DNA of 36,385 nt from Nemertoderma westbladi (GCA_032718475.1 JAUCBJ010004947.1:1-36385); one strand, 5' to 3'; positions 12,701 through 24,549 are shown, counted from the first letter of the stretch. Numbers and translations are program-made. Notes: generated from the letters alone by a model not told the origin.

Positions 12701-15700
12701 TTCACTAACCTCTTCTTGCAATTACAACAACGATATTCTGGACACATTCACTAACCTCTTCTTGCAATTAGAACAACGATATTCTGGACACATTCACTAA
12801 CCTCTTCTTGCAATAAAACAACGATATTCTGGACACAATCACTAACCTCTTCTTGCAATAGAACAACGATATTCTGGACACATTCACTAACCTCTTCTTG
12901 CAATAGAACAACGATATTCTGGACACATTCACTAACCTCTTCTTGCAATAGAACAACGATATTCTGGACACATTCACTAACCTCTTCTTGCAATAGAACA
13001 ACGATATTCTGGACACATTCACTAACCTCTTCTTGCAATAGAACAACGATATTCTGGACACATTCACTAACCTCTTCTTGCAATAGAACAACGATATTCA
13101 GGACACATTCACTAACCTCTTCTTGCAATTAGAACAACGATATTCTGGACACATTCACTAACCTCCTCTTGCAATTAGAACAACGATATTCTGGACACAT
13201 TCACTAACCTCTTCTTGCAATTAGAACAACGATATTCTGGACACATTCACTAACCTCTTCTTGCAATAAAACAACGATATTCTGGACACAATCACTAACC
13301 TCTTCTTGCAATAGAACAACGATATTCTGGACACATTCACTAACCTCTTCTTGCAATAGAACAACGATATTCTGGACACATTCACTAACCTCTTCTTGCA
13401 ATAGAACAACGATATTCTGGACACATTCACTAACCTCTTCTTGCAATAGAACAACGATATTCTGGACACATTCACTAACCTCTCCTTGCAATAGAACAAC
13501 GATATTCTGGACACATTCACTAACCTCCTCTTGCAATTAGAACAACGATATTCTGGACACATTCACTAACCTCCTCTTGCAATAGAACAACGATATTCTG
13601 GACACATTCACTAACCTCTTCTTGCAATAGAACAACGATAATCTGGACACATTCACTAACCTCCTCTTGCAATTAGAACAACGATATTCTGGACACATTC
13701 ACTAACCTCTTCTTGCAATAGAACAACGATATTCTGGACACATTCACTAACCTCTTCTTGCAATTAGAACAACGATATTCTGGACACATTCACTACCCTC
13801 TTCTTGCAATAGAACAACGATATTCTGGACACATTCACTAACCTCTTCTTGCAATAGAACAACGATATTCTGGACACATTCACTAACCTCTTCTTGCAAT
13901 AGAACAACGATATTCTGGACACAATCACTAACCTCTTCTTGCAATTAGAACAACGATATTCTGGACACATTCACTAACCTCTTCTTGCAATAGAACAACG
14001 ATATTCTGGACACATTCACTAACCTCTCCTTGCAATAGAACAACGATATTCTGGACACATTCACTAACCTCTTCTTGCAATAAAACAACGATATTCTGGA
14101 CACAATCACTAACCTCTTCTTGCAATAGAACAACGATATTCTGGACACATTCACTAACCTCTTCTTGCAATAGAACAACGATATTCTGGACACATTCACT
14201 AACCTCTTCTTGCAATAGAACAACGATATTCTGGACACATTCACTAACCTCTTCTTGCAATAGAACAACGATATTCTGGACACATTCACTAACCTCTTCT
14301 TGCAATAGAACAACGATATTCTGGACACATTCACTAACCTCCTCTTGCAATTAGAACAACGATATTCTGGACACATTCACTAACCTCTTCTTGCAATAGA
14401 ACAACGATATTCTGGACACATTCACTAACCTCCTCTTGCAATTAGAACAACGATATTCTGGACACATTCACTAACCTCTTCTTGCAATAGAACAACGATA
14501 TTCTGGACACATTCACTAACCTCTTCTTGCAATTAGAACAACGATATTCTGGACACATTCACTACCCTCTTCTTGCAATAGAACAACGATATTCTGGACA
14601 CATTCACTAACCTCTTCTTGCAATAGAACAACGATATTCTGGACACAATCACTAACCTCTTCTTGCAATTAGAACAAAGATATTCTGGACACATTCACTA
14701 ACCTCTCCTTGCAATAGAACAACGATATTCTGGACACAATCACTAACCTCTTCTTGCAATAGAACAACGATATTCTGGACACATTCACTAACCTCTTCTT
14801 GCAATAGAACAACGATATTCTGGACACATTCACTAACCTCTTCTTGCAATAGAACAACGATATTCTGGACACATTCACTAACCTCTTATTGCAATAGAAC
14901 AACGATATTCTGGACACATTCACTAACCTCTTCTTGCAATAGAACAACGATATTCTGGACACATTCACTAACCTCCTCTTGCAATTAGAACAACGATATT
15001 CTGGACACATTCACTAACCTCTTCTTGCAATATAACAACGATATTCTGGACACATTCACTAACCTCCTCTTGCAATTAGAACAACGATATTCTGGACACA
15101 TTCACTAACCTCTTCTTGCAATAGAACAACGATATTCTGGACACATTCACTAACCTCTTCTTGCAATTAGAACAACGATATTCTGGACACATTCACTACC
15201 CTCTTCTTGCAATAGAACAACGATATTCTGGACACATTCACTAACCTCCTCTTGCAATAGAACAACGATATTCTGGACACATTCACTAACCTCCTCTTGC
15301 AATTAGAACAACGATATTCTGGACACATTCACTAACCTCTTATTGCAATAGAACAACGATATTCTGGACACATTCACTAACCTCCTCTTGCAATTAGAAC
15401 AACGATATTCTGGACACATTCACTAACCTCTTCTTGCAATAGAACAACGATATTCTGGACACATTCACTAACCTCTTCTTGCAATTAGAACAACGATATT
15501 CTGGACACATTCACTACCCTCTTCTTGCAATAGAACAACGATATTCTGGACACATTCACTAACCTCTTCTTGCAATAGAACAACGATATTCTGGACACAT
15601 TCACTAACCTCCTCTTGCAATTAGAACAACGATATTCTGGACACATTCACTAACCTCTTCTTGCAATAGAACAACGATATTCTGGACACAATCACTAACC

Positions 15701-16061
15701 TCTTCTTGCAATTAGAACAACGATATTCTGGACACATTCACTAACCTCTTCTTGCAATTAGAACAACGATATTCTGGACACATTCACTAACCTCCTCTTG
15801 CAATTAGAACAACGATATTCTGGACACATTCACTAACCTCTTCTTGCAATAGAACAACGATATTCTGGACACATTCACTAACCTCCTCTTGTAATTAGAA
15901 CAACGATATTCTGGACACATTCACTAACCTCTTCTTGCAATTAGAACAACGATATTCTGGACACATTCACTAACCTCTTCTTGCAATAGAACAACGATAT
16001 TCTGGACACATTCACTAACCTCCTCTTGCAATAGAACAACGATATTCTGGACACATTCACT
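6705..16061 (-). repeat. 45-bp (45/46/50 variants) tandem array, about 205 copies, 9.4 kb = last 42 nt of PAPSS exon 6 + GTT of its donor
   Basis: Unit AGTGAATGTGTCCAGAATATCGTTGTTCTATTGCAAGAAGAG|GTT; first unit is the exon end itself; copy number estimated from length. Confidence 0.98.
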
Positions 16062-16138
16062 GATTGTCATATTGGCGCCATCTACCGTTATATCAGGTCG
16101 TTCAGGCAAGTCGTATTTCTGATCTATTCCAGTAAAAC
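16020..16138 (-). CDS. PAPSS: PAPSS coding exon 6 (G-FTGIDQKYDLPERPDITVDGANMTISECVQNIVVLLQEE)
   Basis: Acceptor ttttaacag, first donor AG|GTTAGT at 16019; GFTGID..Y..P..P motif; its last 42 nt form most of the downstream array unit. Confidence 0.94.
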
Positions 16139-16253
16139 CTGTTAAAATAAATAAATATTAAATAAATATTGGAATATTTTGCACAACTATAAATAATGAT
16201 TACAGGAGTATGTAAAGCTTTACACTATGTGACTGTTGGGTTTTTGAATTAAC

Positions 16254-16392
16254 CTTTGATTTTTCCAGCACGAGCTTTCGCGTACAACCCCTTTACGTCA
16301 CGGGATTCACAGACAGCCAGTGGTGTGTCGACGAATACCTCGTAGAAAGGAAGCCCATTGTCTTGGTGCACCTTCCTCGCCTTCTTTCTGTC
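16254..16392 (-). CDS. PAPSS: PAPSS coding exon 5 ([47 protein letters not shown])
   Basis: Acceptor ccatttag, donor AG|GTTAAT; RDVKGLY.KARAG.IK motif. Confidence 0.96.
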
Positions 16393-17481
16393 CTAAATGG
16401 ATACAAAGAGATTCAGATAGTTCGATAGTTGGCGAGTTGTCAAGCAAATATACAGTAGTATACCTTGGTAATGTAATAAATGAGTCCCGCAAATAGTAAG
16501 AATTATAATTATTATTGTATATATTTCCAATTTCAAGAGAACGCAGCAAACCCCACCATAAGAAAGCTTCGCTAGATAATTAATTATTATTGAGTATAAA
16601 TTGTGCAGCTGATTATGAAACTGTAACCTGTGTTATTGACTATTATTATTTTAGTTAGTATTGCATGCACTGTAACCTGCTCCTTTCCCTTAATTGTTAA
16701 TTAGTAGGTGCAGATTCCACCCAAACATTTTAAATTCCGGCAAACAAAACAAGGGATTTGGTAAGTGTTTATTACACAATCCCATACTGTCTGTGTGGGG
16801 GAGCAAAATTACCAACTGCACGCCTCTGATTGCTTCTTACTTTAGATAGAATTAAAACGCAATAATTTTTCTTTTTGTTCAGAAGTGGAAAAAATGGGAG
16901 CGCGTCACCGGGGGTTGAACCAGCGCTATACGCACGTTTCGGCCTAACAGGCCTCATCTCCAATAATTTTTCTTGTCCGTTTAAATCCTTTTTTTGTCCT
17001 TTTTTTTACTTTTTATGTCCTCCAAAAATCTACAGTTAGGTTCCTTGCTACCTGTTTCTCTACTGCTGTTCTCTTAGGCTATAAGTACCGGTATTAGAGC
17101 ACTATTTTGCAGTATTGCATTGTATGTAGGTATAAACTATAAAGCATATGCCTTATAAATAATTATACTGCCTGACTGTATTATACTACATTACAGCATT
17201 AGGTACTGATTCACTGATACTGTGATATGTACAGTTGTAAATATGATAGGCCTAATTGCTGAATTGTGATAAGTCCATAGTATAAGTCGTTTTGTTTTAT
17301 TCACTGTTCAACTTTCTCCTGTTTTATTATGTGCAGTTTTATTTATACGCTTCTATGACAGCGGGTCTCCACCCACATAATATAATAATAATAATGATAA
17401 AGGTAATTTATTATTACAGTAATTTCAGAATTTTAGTACCGGTACCGGTTTTACATAGTTTATTGTTATGTTCATGACATA

Positions 17482-18020
17482 GTTTATTGTTTTGGTTAGA
17501 AAATCCCGCCTCTGTAACATGCTCCTTTCCCTGATTTGGTAAAGTGGCCGTTTATTGTTTTGGTTAGAAAATCCCGCCTCTGTAACCCGCTCCTTTCCCT
17601 CAATTAGTTAAATGATCGCGTTTATTGTTTTGGTTAGAAAATCCCGCCTCTGTAACCTGCTCCTTTCCCTGATTTGGTAAAGTGACCGTTTATTGTTTTG
17701 GTTAGAAAGGCCTGCCTCTGTAACCCGCTCCTTTCCTTAATTTGGTATAGTGACTGTTTATTGTTTTGGTTAGAAAATCCCGCCTCTGTAACCCGCTCCT
17801 TTCCCTCAATTAGTTAAATGATCGCGTTTATTGTTTTGGTTAGAAAATCCCGCCTCTGTAACCTGCTCCTTTCCCTGATTTGGTAAAGTGACCGTTTATT
17901 GTTTTGGTTAGAAAGGCTAGCCTCTGTAACCTGCTCCTTTCCTTCATTTGGTAAAGTGACTGTTTATTGTTTTGGTTAGAAAATCCGGCCTTAACCTGCT
18001 CCTTTCCATCAATTGGTAAT
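17482..18020. repeat. 68-70-bp tandem repeat, 8 copies
   Basis: GTTTATTGTTTTGGTTAGAAAATCCCGCCTCTGTAACCTGCTCCTTTCCC... repeated; partial related copy near 16670-16695. Confidence 0.92.
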
Positions 18021-18521
18021 TGTTTTTGGCTATAAAATGAGTGTTTTGCTACGTCATGTGGTAATCGATTATCGACAACAACCACAAACTATTAAATTTA
18101 GAGTCTTTTACCACAGGCGCATATGGAAATCTAGCTCATAGTCTATAAATCATGGAATTTTGAATGTTTTGGAACAGGCATAGTGAAACCAACTGTCCGA
18201 CAGACCAGAAATAAACAAATTTTGAATGTTTTGGCATAGGCATGTTGAAATCAACTAACTGTCTGACAGTCCAGAAATCAGCAGTCTGACAGTTTGAAGA
18301 AATGCATACATAAAAAGTCATTAAAAGGACAATAAAAGTCATTAAAGGGACAACAAAAGTCATTAAAAGGACAACAAAAGACATTATGCACAATTTGTTA
18401 AAAAAGGAGGACAAAAAAGTCAAATAAAAGGACATAAAAAATCACTGCCGAATTAAAACTGTCCTTGCGGAGACTGTACGCGTACGGCAACTACAGTAGT
18501 TATAGTAATTAGGAAACTCAC

Positions 18522-18642
18522 CCGAGAGAAGGGGCTGATGAAGGCAGTGATACAGACGGTTCCGCCGTCGGCGAACAATCGCGAAACCTCAGAGATTCTA
18601 CGAATATTCTCCTCCCGATCTTCTTCAGAGAAACCCAAATTC
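18522..18642 (-). CDS. PAPSS: PAPSS coding exon 4 ([40 protein letters not shown])
   Basis: Acceptor tcatttag, donor GG|GTGAGT; LGFS..DR.EN.RR and FISP APS kinase motifs. Confidence 0.97.
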
Positions 18643-18999
18643 CTAAATGAAATAGGAAAACGTTAAAGTAATGTTGGGTTGGTACGTCTGCGGAAAAAAT
18701 ATAAATAAAGAGACATAGTGAGTGTATTTAGTGAGTCTTTATTTAAGGGGGAGGGGGGTATATATACCCCCCTGGTGATTTTTTTTAATTTGTTTATATC
18801 TCCAATATGGTTGAAAAATGCGCAGAAAACTACATACCACCGAAAAGAGAATGAACTAAAGTAGGCCTAAATAAAAATGTGAATACATTTTTTTTAGCGC
18901 CCCCTAACGGTTGGCGTAAGATTTAAAAAATGTCGCTAAAAAGACTACTCCTACGTTATTTCCCATTTTCAATTTTCGGAACCAGTATTTTAAATTTCA

Positions 19000-19168
19000 T
19001 AATATTCTTCGGCCACTTTTTTTATTTTCATTTTCTATTTCTAACAATTGGCAATTTTGTAAAAAAAATTTCAAAATTTTTTTAAAATTTAAAAAATCCA
19101 CGTTTTTTTATGTTTTTTCTTAAAAATAGAAATATTCTGAAATCAAAAAAAGTGGCCGAAGAATATTA
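19000..19168. repeat. 24-bp perfect inverted repeat pair with ~120-bp AT-rich spacer
   Basis: TAATATTCTTCGGCCACTTTTTTT at 19000-19023, reverse complement at 19145-19168. Confidence 0.8.
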
Positions 19169-20381
19169 AAGCTATTATATTTCCTTTCATAAAAATCAAA
19201 AATCACAAAAAAGGGTTAAGAAATGGCGGGGGTAGTGTTTTTTGTGTGAAAAATGTAATTCCGAAATAATTGCCTTTGAAGTTTGAAACTTCCCGCGCAA
19301 AAACTGTCTGTTAATATGTGATTTTGTTTACAAAAATTGGTAAAGAATAGTAGTCAATGTGGCTATAAAGCCAAATTTGATACTAGCTAATGTTCTATAA
19401 TATTTTAACGGTAGAAAAATAAAAATAAAAACCTTAACAATTTTCACAAAATATCGGATTTTTCGAATTACATAAATTTTCCACTGTGTTTACAATAAAA
19501 TATTCAAGTAGCTATTAAATTAAGACTGATTGGCTTGTAGTTTAGGACGCCATGTAGTTGCTAATAATTTAATGAATTACTCCACTATTGTGTTTCACTA
19601 CTGGCACACTGATTTACATTTATATTTCAGCTTTATATTAGAAAACCTCACCTAAAACGAACAATTAGTAAAAGCAGAAGATTTTGGAAATCTTTCAAGG
19701 GAATTTCGTGGATTTTTCCAAAAAGTTTAGTAAGGAAATTTTCGAGATGTTTCGTATTTTATGGCACTAGAACAAAATTTGTTGTTATAGAACATCATGT
19801 TTCTAGTCAAATAAAAATAGATAGTTAAAATATAAAAGAGTATACTATAAAAATTTCGGAGTGGGGTGTCCCCAAAACTTAGCTGTGCCGTATTTTCAAG
19901 ATAAGATAGTATATTTCTCTAATCTCTATTCATAACATATACGTATACGGGTAGAGCTAACAAGTATGTTTTGAGAAGACCCTGTCAAACTTTTTATTAG
20001 ATTTAGCTACTTATCTTTTGAATATGTTCTGGAAGTGTTAGCTATTAAGTTAGAAAAAATAATAGAATAAGGTTCCAGAATAGAATAAGGATTGCATATA
20101 AATCGTATGGGGATGTAATATGAATCGATTCTAAAAAATATAAGATGCAAATACATTATTTTTACAAAAATGCAGGGGGGATATAAATGTTAAGTAGAAA
20201 ATTATTATATGATGTGCATTCCGCAAAGTACTTTACAGTGTTCTGACCCTCGTATTGTTATTTGCATTCATTCGCTACGTTCGTTCATAGAACATACCAC
20301 TCGGATCAGCACACTGTAAATGACCACTTTACACGTACTGTAAGTATGTAATAAATAGTTATTACAGACCAGAAAGGGACA

Positions 20382-23117
20382 ATGAAGGATTTCGTATTCA
20401 AACAATCAAACGTACCAATAATGGGACAGGCGGGGGAAAGAAATGAATGCGTAGTTCGGTCGGGAGATGGCGCTGCATTGGGTGAGGGATCAATTACTGT
20501 GGAGGCGTCAGCGTTTGTTAATGGCAACCAAGAAATACGAAGTCCTGCGGGCGGAGATATCAAGCCAGTGGAAACTGCAGCGACTGATAGCGACAGTGAC
20601 GTCATAGAAATATTCTACCATCCCAGATACAAGAGAGATATTGAGCGCAGAATCGAAGAAACAAAGGAACCACGTTCAGTGACCGTGGATACCCGTTCAG
20701 TGCCCCTGGAACCACGTTCAGTGACCGTGGATACCCGTTCAGTGCCCCTGGAACCACGTTCAGTGACCGTGGATACCCGTTCAGTGCCCCAGGAACCACG
20801 ATCAGTGGCCGTGAATACCCGTTTAGTGCCCCTGGAACCACGTTCAGTGACCGTGGATACCCGTTCAGTGCCCCTGGAACCACGTTCAGTGACCGTGGAT
20901 ACCCGTTCAGTGTCCCTGGAACCACGTTCAGTGACCGTGGATACCCGTTCAGTGCCCCAGGAACCACGATCAGTGGCCGTGAATACCCGTTTAGTGCCCC
21001 TGGAACCACGTTCAGTGACCGTGAATACCCGTTTAGTGCCCCTGGAACCACGTTCCGACCACGTGGAACAAAGTTACGTGCCCCTGGACCCACGTTCCGT
21101 GAACGTTGAACCACGTTCCGAGAACGTTGAACCACGTTCCGAGGACGTTGAACCACGTTCCGAGGACGTTGAACCACGTTCCGATTACGTGGAACAAAGT
21201 TCCGTGCCTCTGGACCCACGTTCCGTGAACGTTGAACCACGTTCCGAGGACGTTGAACCACGTTCCGACTACGTGGAACAAAGTTCCGTGCCCCTGGACC
21301 CACGTTCCGTGGACGTTGAACCACGTTCCGCGCAAGTGGAGCCACGTTCCGTGAAAGTTGAACCACGTTCCGAGGACGTTGAACCACGTTCCGACCACGT
21401 GGAACAAAGTTCCGTGCCCCTGGACCCACGTTCCGTGAACGTTGAACAACGTTCCGAGGACGTTGAACCACGTTCCGACCACGTAGAACAAAGTTCCGTG
21501 CCCCTGGACCCACGTTCCGTGAACGTTGAACCACGTTCCGTGAAATTTGAAACACGTTCCGACCACGTGGAACAAAGTTCCAACCACGTGGTACAACGTT
21601 CCGTGCACGTAAAAGAATCACAGTCTGCACAATTGAGTGTGGATACGCTGGCTAATGATATCACGCCATCCCCAGCAACTCCGGCTAATGCGCAGACATA
21701 CAACCATAGCAACAAAGATAACGCCGAATCACCCAAAAATAACATGACAATTGCTGGCGAATTATTATTCAGAAATGATAATTTGGGGAGCGAATGGAAG
21801 GAAGAAAACAGAGATACCGCAGTGCAAGCGCCTTTACATATAAAAAAGAAACAAGGGGTTGGTTTCTACGAGGTGGAATTAAGCCATCAAAGATGGAGTA
21901 ATCTAGGGTCATCTCAAAACTCTCGTATTAATCGGCGTAATAAAAAAATTAACAAACGCATATCAACCGAAAAAGCGCGCGTCGAATATTATAACAACCG
22001 GAATAATTGGGAAAGGAGATTCGCTAACTACTTGACAGTTTGGCGCTGTTTCAACGGTTGGTGTAGGATGGTGGAGGGGAAAACATCTGTGGCCCGGGTT
22101 CAATGCGAGCGTGCGTTGATGCGTAAAGGCGTGCGGGGGATGCGTGAGCGTATAGAGTACAATAGGGCGGTAACAGCTGCCTTCCAATCGATTACTACAC
22201 TACGACTAGCGAGGAGTTCCTTAACGGTCTGGCGAAACAAACTGAAAGCGCAGCGCGAGTTGAGACTGAGAGTTATATTGGCGGCGTGGCGGAATTTCCA
22301 GTTACACAGGAAGCAACTCAAACTAAGGTGCGTTATAGTTTGGAGGAAACGGTTGAGTAGAGCGATGGGGGTGTGGCGTAGGCGGTATGTAGTGTCGGCG
22401 GGTGAACGGGTAGCTAAGGGGGTCTGTAGACGACGACGGCTGGGACGCGGGTTCGGTACCTGGAGGGAGAGGCTAGTCCACGCGCGGTTGCTAAGGACTC
22501 GGTTGCGCGTAGCAACAGCGGTCAGAACGGAGGTCTTGGCGCGAAGGACCATACGTGTCTGGATGTTTCGCGTTTGGTCGCTCCGGGAATCGAAACGAGT
22601 TTGTTTCCACTCGATTGGCAGACGGTATCTCGGCGAATGGAAGAGGAAAACCGGAATTAAACGTGACGGACGGGAGTCGATAGAGGAAGATGAGATCAGA
22701 CGGGGGCGACTCGCGTTGCACTTCAACAGATGGCGACGAGAAACAAAAATAAAACTGATAGAAATAAAATCAAGAAAAATAAAACTAATGAGACATTTTA
22801 TTAGATGGAAAGATAATTATATTAATAGTAAGACAGACGAAATACATGGAGTGGCTAGAAAGTTAACCAATACAAGTGTTATCAGGACGTGTTTCCGTGT
22901 TTGGAAGAGCTTTTCGAAAAGATCATCCGCCGATATTAGAGCGAGATGGATAGCGGACCGGCTGGTTCTCAGACGGCACCAACTGGTTGGAAACAAATCG
23001 ATTCTTACGAGGATCCTTAAAAGTTTTGAAACAAATCAAAAACCGTTCCGAATATTTCCTTACTGGTTGTTATGGAAACAGTTGGTGGAGCAAAGGCGAC
23101 AAGAACTCACTAATTAA
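20382..23117 (+). CDS. Nested antisense 911-aa ORF in PAPSS intron 3: N-terminal 7-aa tandem repeats, C-terminal Arg/Trp-rich Sfi1-like (putative centrin-binding) repeats
   Basis: 2.7-kb uninterrupted ORF, about 500 non-repetitive C-terminal codons in AT-rich context; recurring (F/L/M/I)xxW(K/R) motifs (SLTVWRNK, ILAAWRNF, AMGVWRRR, GFGTWRER, YLGEWKRK, HFNRWRRE, HFIRWKDN, CFRVWKSF); AATAAA 89 nt after stop. Confidence 0.8.
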   Translation: MKDFVFKQSNVPIMGQAGERNECVVRSGDGAALGEGSITVEASAFVNGNQEIRSPAGGDIKPVETAATDSDSDVIEIFYHPRYKRDIERRIEETKEPRSVTVDTRSVPLEPRSVTVDTRSVPLEPRSVTVDTRSVPQEPRSVAVNTRLVPLEPRSVTVDTRSVPLEPRSVTVDTRSVSLEPRSVTVDTRSVPQEPRSVAVNTRLVPLEPRSVTVNTRLVPLEPRSDHVEQSYVPLDPRSVNVEPRSENVEPRSEDVEPRSEDVEPRSDYVEQSSVPLDPRSVNVEPRSEDVEPRSDYVEQSSVPLDPRSVDVEPRSAQVEPRSVKVEPRSEDVEPRSDHVEQSSVPLDPRSVNVEQRSEDVEPRSDHVEQSSVPLDPRSVNVEPRSVKFETRSDHVEQSSNHVVQRSVHVKESQSAQLSVDTLANDITPSPATPANAQTYNHSNKDNAESPKNNMTIAGELLFRNDNLGSEWKEENRDTAVQAPLHIKKKQGVGFYEVELSHQRWSNLGSSQNSRINRRNKKINKRISTEKARVEYYNNRNNWERRFANYLTVWRCFNGWCRMVEGKTSVARVQCERALMRKGVRGMRERIEYNRAVTAAFQSITTLRLARSSLTVWRNKLKAQRELRLRVILAAWRNFQLHRKQLKLRCVIVWRKRLSRAMGVWRRRYVVSAGERVAKGVCRRRRLGRGFGTWRERLVHARLLRTRLRVATAVRTEVLARRTIRVWMFRVWSLRESKRVCFHSIGRRYLGEWKRKTGIKRDGRESIEEDEIRRGRLALHFNRWRRETKIKLIEIKSRKIKLMRHFIRWKDNYINSKTDEIHGVARKLTNTSVIRTCFRVWKSFSKRSSADIRARWIADRLVLRRHQLVGNKSILTRILKSFETNQKPFRIFPYWLLWKQLVEQRRQELTN
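20667..21604 (+). repeat. Coding minisatellite in nested ORF: 21-bp base period (42-bp EPRSVTVDTRSVPL, then EPRSxxV variants)
   Basis: GAACCACGTTC-anchored units, frame preserved throughout. Confidence 0.95.
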
Positions 23118-23205
23118 TGTCCGGATGATCTGACTCATACGTGCCAATCTAAAATCAACACTAACTTTATTAATCAACACACTTACTCACACGAAATAGA
23201 AGTTT

Positions 23206-23211
23206 AATAAA
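23206..23211 (+). terminator. Candidate polyadenylation signal of the nested gene
   Basis: AATAAA shortly after the stop at 23117, followed by T/GT-rich sequence; motif is common in AT-rich DNA. Confidence 0.4.
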
Positions 23212-23325
23212 TATATATTTATTGTAGTATTGATTAATTGTATTGATTCAAATGGATTCAGCTGTTTTACAATCTACAAAGCCCCAGTTATACTGGTTGA
23301 GAACCTTATAGCTTTTACTTCATAT

Positions 23326-23460
23326 TACGGAGCCCCAAATAGGATGGATATGAAATCCTCGTTTTTTTTTACTTAGTATACCAAGTCTAAGTAAAAAACT
23401 ACAACATACATACTACATACTAAGTAAAAAAGCGAGGAATTTCCTCTTGGGGGTTGTGAA
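23326..23460. repeat. Small imperfect foldback (MITE-like)
   Basis: AAATCCTCGTTTTTTTTTACTTAGTAT pairs with ATACTAAGTAAAAAAGCGAGGAATTT; outer CCCCAA/TTGGGG. Confidence 0.55.
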
Positions 23461-24040
23461 CCATAATATTCTGTTGGTTTGGTAATCTACCAAGCACCAT
23501 CTATAAGAGGAGCTGAGGAGATCATAAATTAAACTGATCTATATTGCGATAGTTCTCTATATACAATGAGGATGTGCACTCTAAGTGGAAGCCTCGATGC
23601 CTCGATTCGCACATACACTAACGGAATGACCATATTTTACGCCACCGCCTTTCCTCCAATTATAAATTTATAAACGTAAACGCGGGGGGTACTGGGGTAG
23701 ACATGCATATTTATATTCCTATCAGTATTGGTACATTCAGTATTGGCATTAGTACCCATTGAGCGTGGTTGGAGAGGAAATTGGCCTTAATTCTCCAAAC
23801 AATGCAAACTTTTCATATTTGAACAGGTATCCGAATACCAGATTTTGAAATCATTATTAAGAGATAATAACGTTCAAACATCGACTGATACTGACAGAAG
23901 GACAATTCCGACTTACTTCGTGACTCGCCCCACGCGCATCCTAGTCATTTACCCGAAGGTTCACACTTTAGATGTAATCCTAAGATCCCCCCCCCCCCCC
24001 CCCCCACCCCCTTCACACTTGGCTATCTTAGTAAACTCAC

Positions 24041-24155
24041 CTATTGAGACCCTGTCTCACATTGTCGCCATCTAACACATAGGCTGGGATTCCTTTTGCG
24101 ACTAAATATTCCTCTAACGCGAACCCAATAGTTGTTTTTCCTGCGCCGGACAGAC
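24041..24155 (-). CDS. PAPSS: PAPSS coding exon 3, APS kinase P-loop ([39 protein letters not shown])
   Basis: Acceptor tttgtctatag, donor AG|GTGAGT; Walker A GLSGAGKT and LDGDN motifs. Confidence 0.97.
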
Positions 24156-24549
24156 CTATAGACAAAGAAAACATGACAGTTAAAATGTCCGTATCACTCA
24201 TCAACCAGCATCAACCACACACACAATGCCCTCGGTATCCCCCCCCCCCCCACACCCCTTCATCAGAAATTATAATAATTTAACTTTTGTTGTAAGCGTT
24301 ATTAAAAATGTCGCGATCCATCTTAAATTATACTATGATTATTTGTAAAATTTGTTGTTTTATTAGTTCCTTACTATTATTCGAGTAGAAAACATGTACA
24401 AAGTGTGCGATAACATAGCTATTTCTCAACAAAAACAGCAGGTGCTGTACGACATGCAACTGGTGCAACGTGGAACATTGGTAATTGTTGGAGTGGACAA
24501 CTTTTCAACAGCTTGTATCACAAGTTTGAAAGCAAAAATACTAATTCTG

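Noticed and set aside
6705-16019. Many ORFs (QEEVSECVQNIVVLL / FYCKKRLVNVSRISL repeats, up to 455 aa) as a repeat protein
   Set aside because: By-products of a 45-bp unit, broken repeatedly by 46-bp units; the array is intronic between phase-matched PAPSS exons.
16849-18459. Second MULE-like element bounded by GAATTAAAAC direct repeats and inverted TTTGTCC/GGACAAA tracts
   Set aside because: Terminal similarity is weak and low-complexity; cannot be supported without other copies.
20602-22726. Minus-strand ORFs overlapping the nested gene
   Set aside because: Antisense shadows of the repeat and GC-rich coding region; no PAPSS homology.
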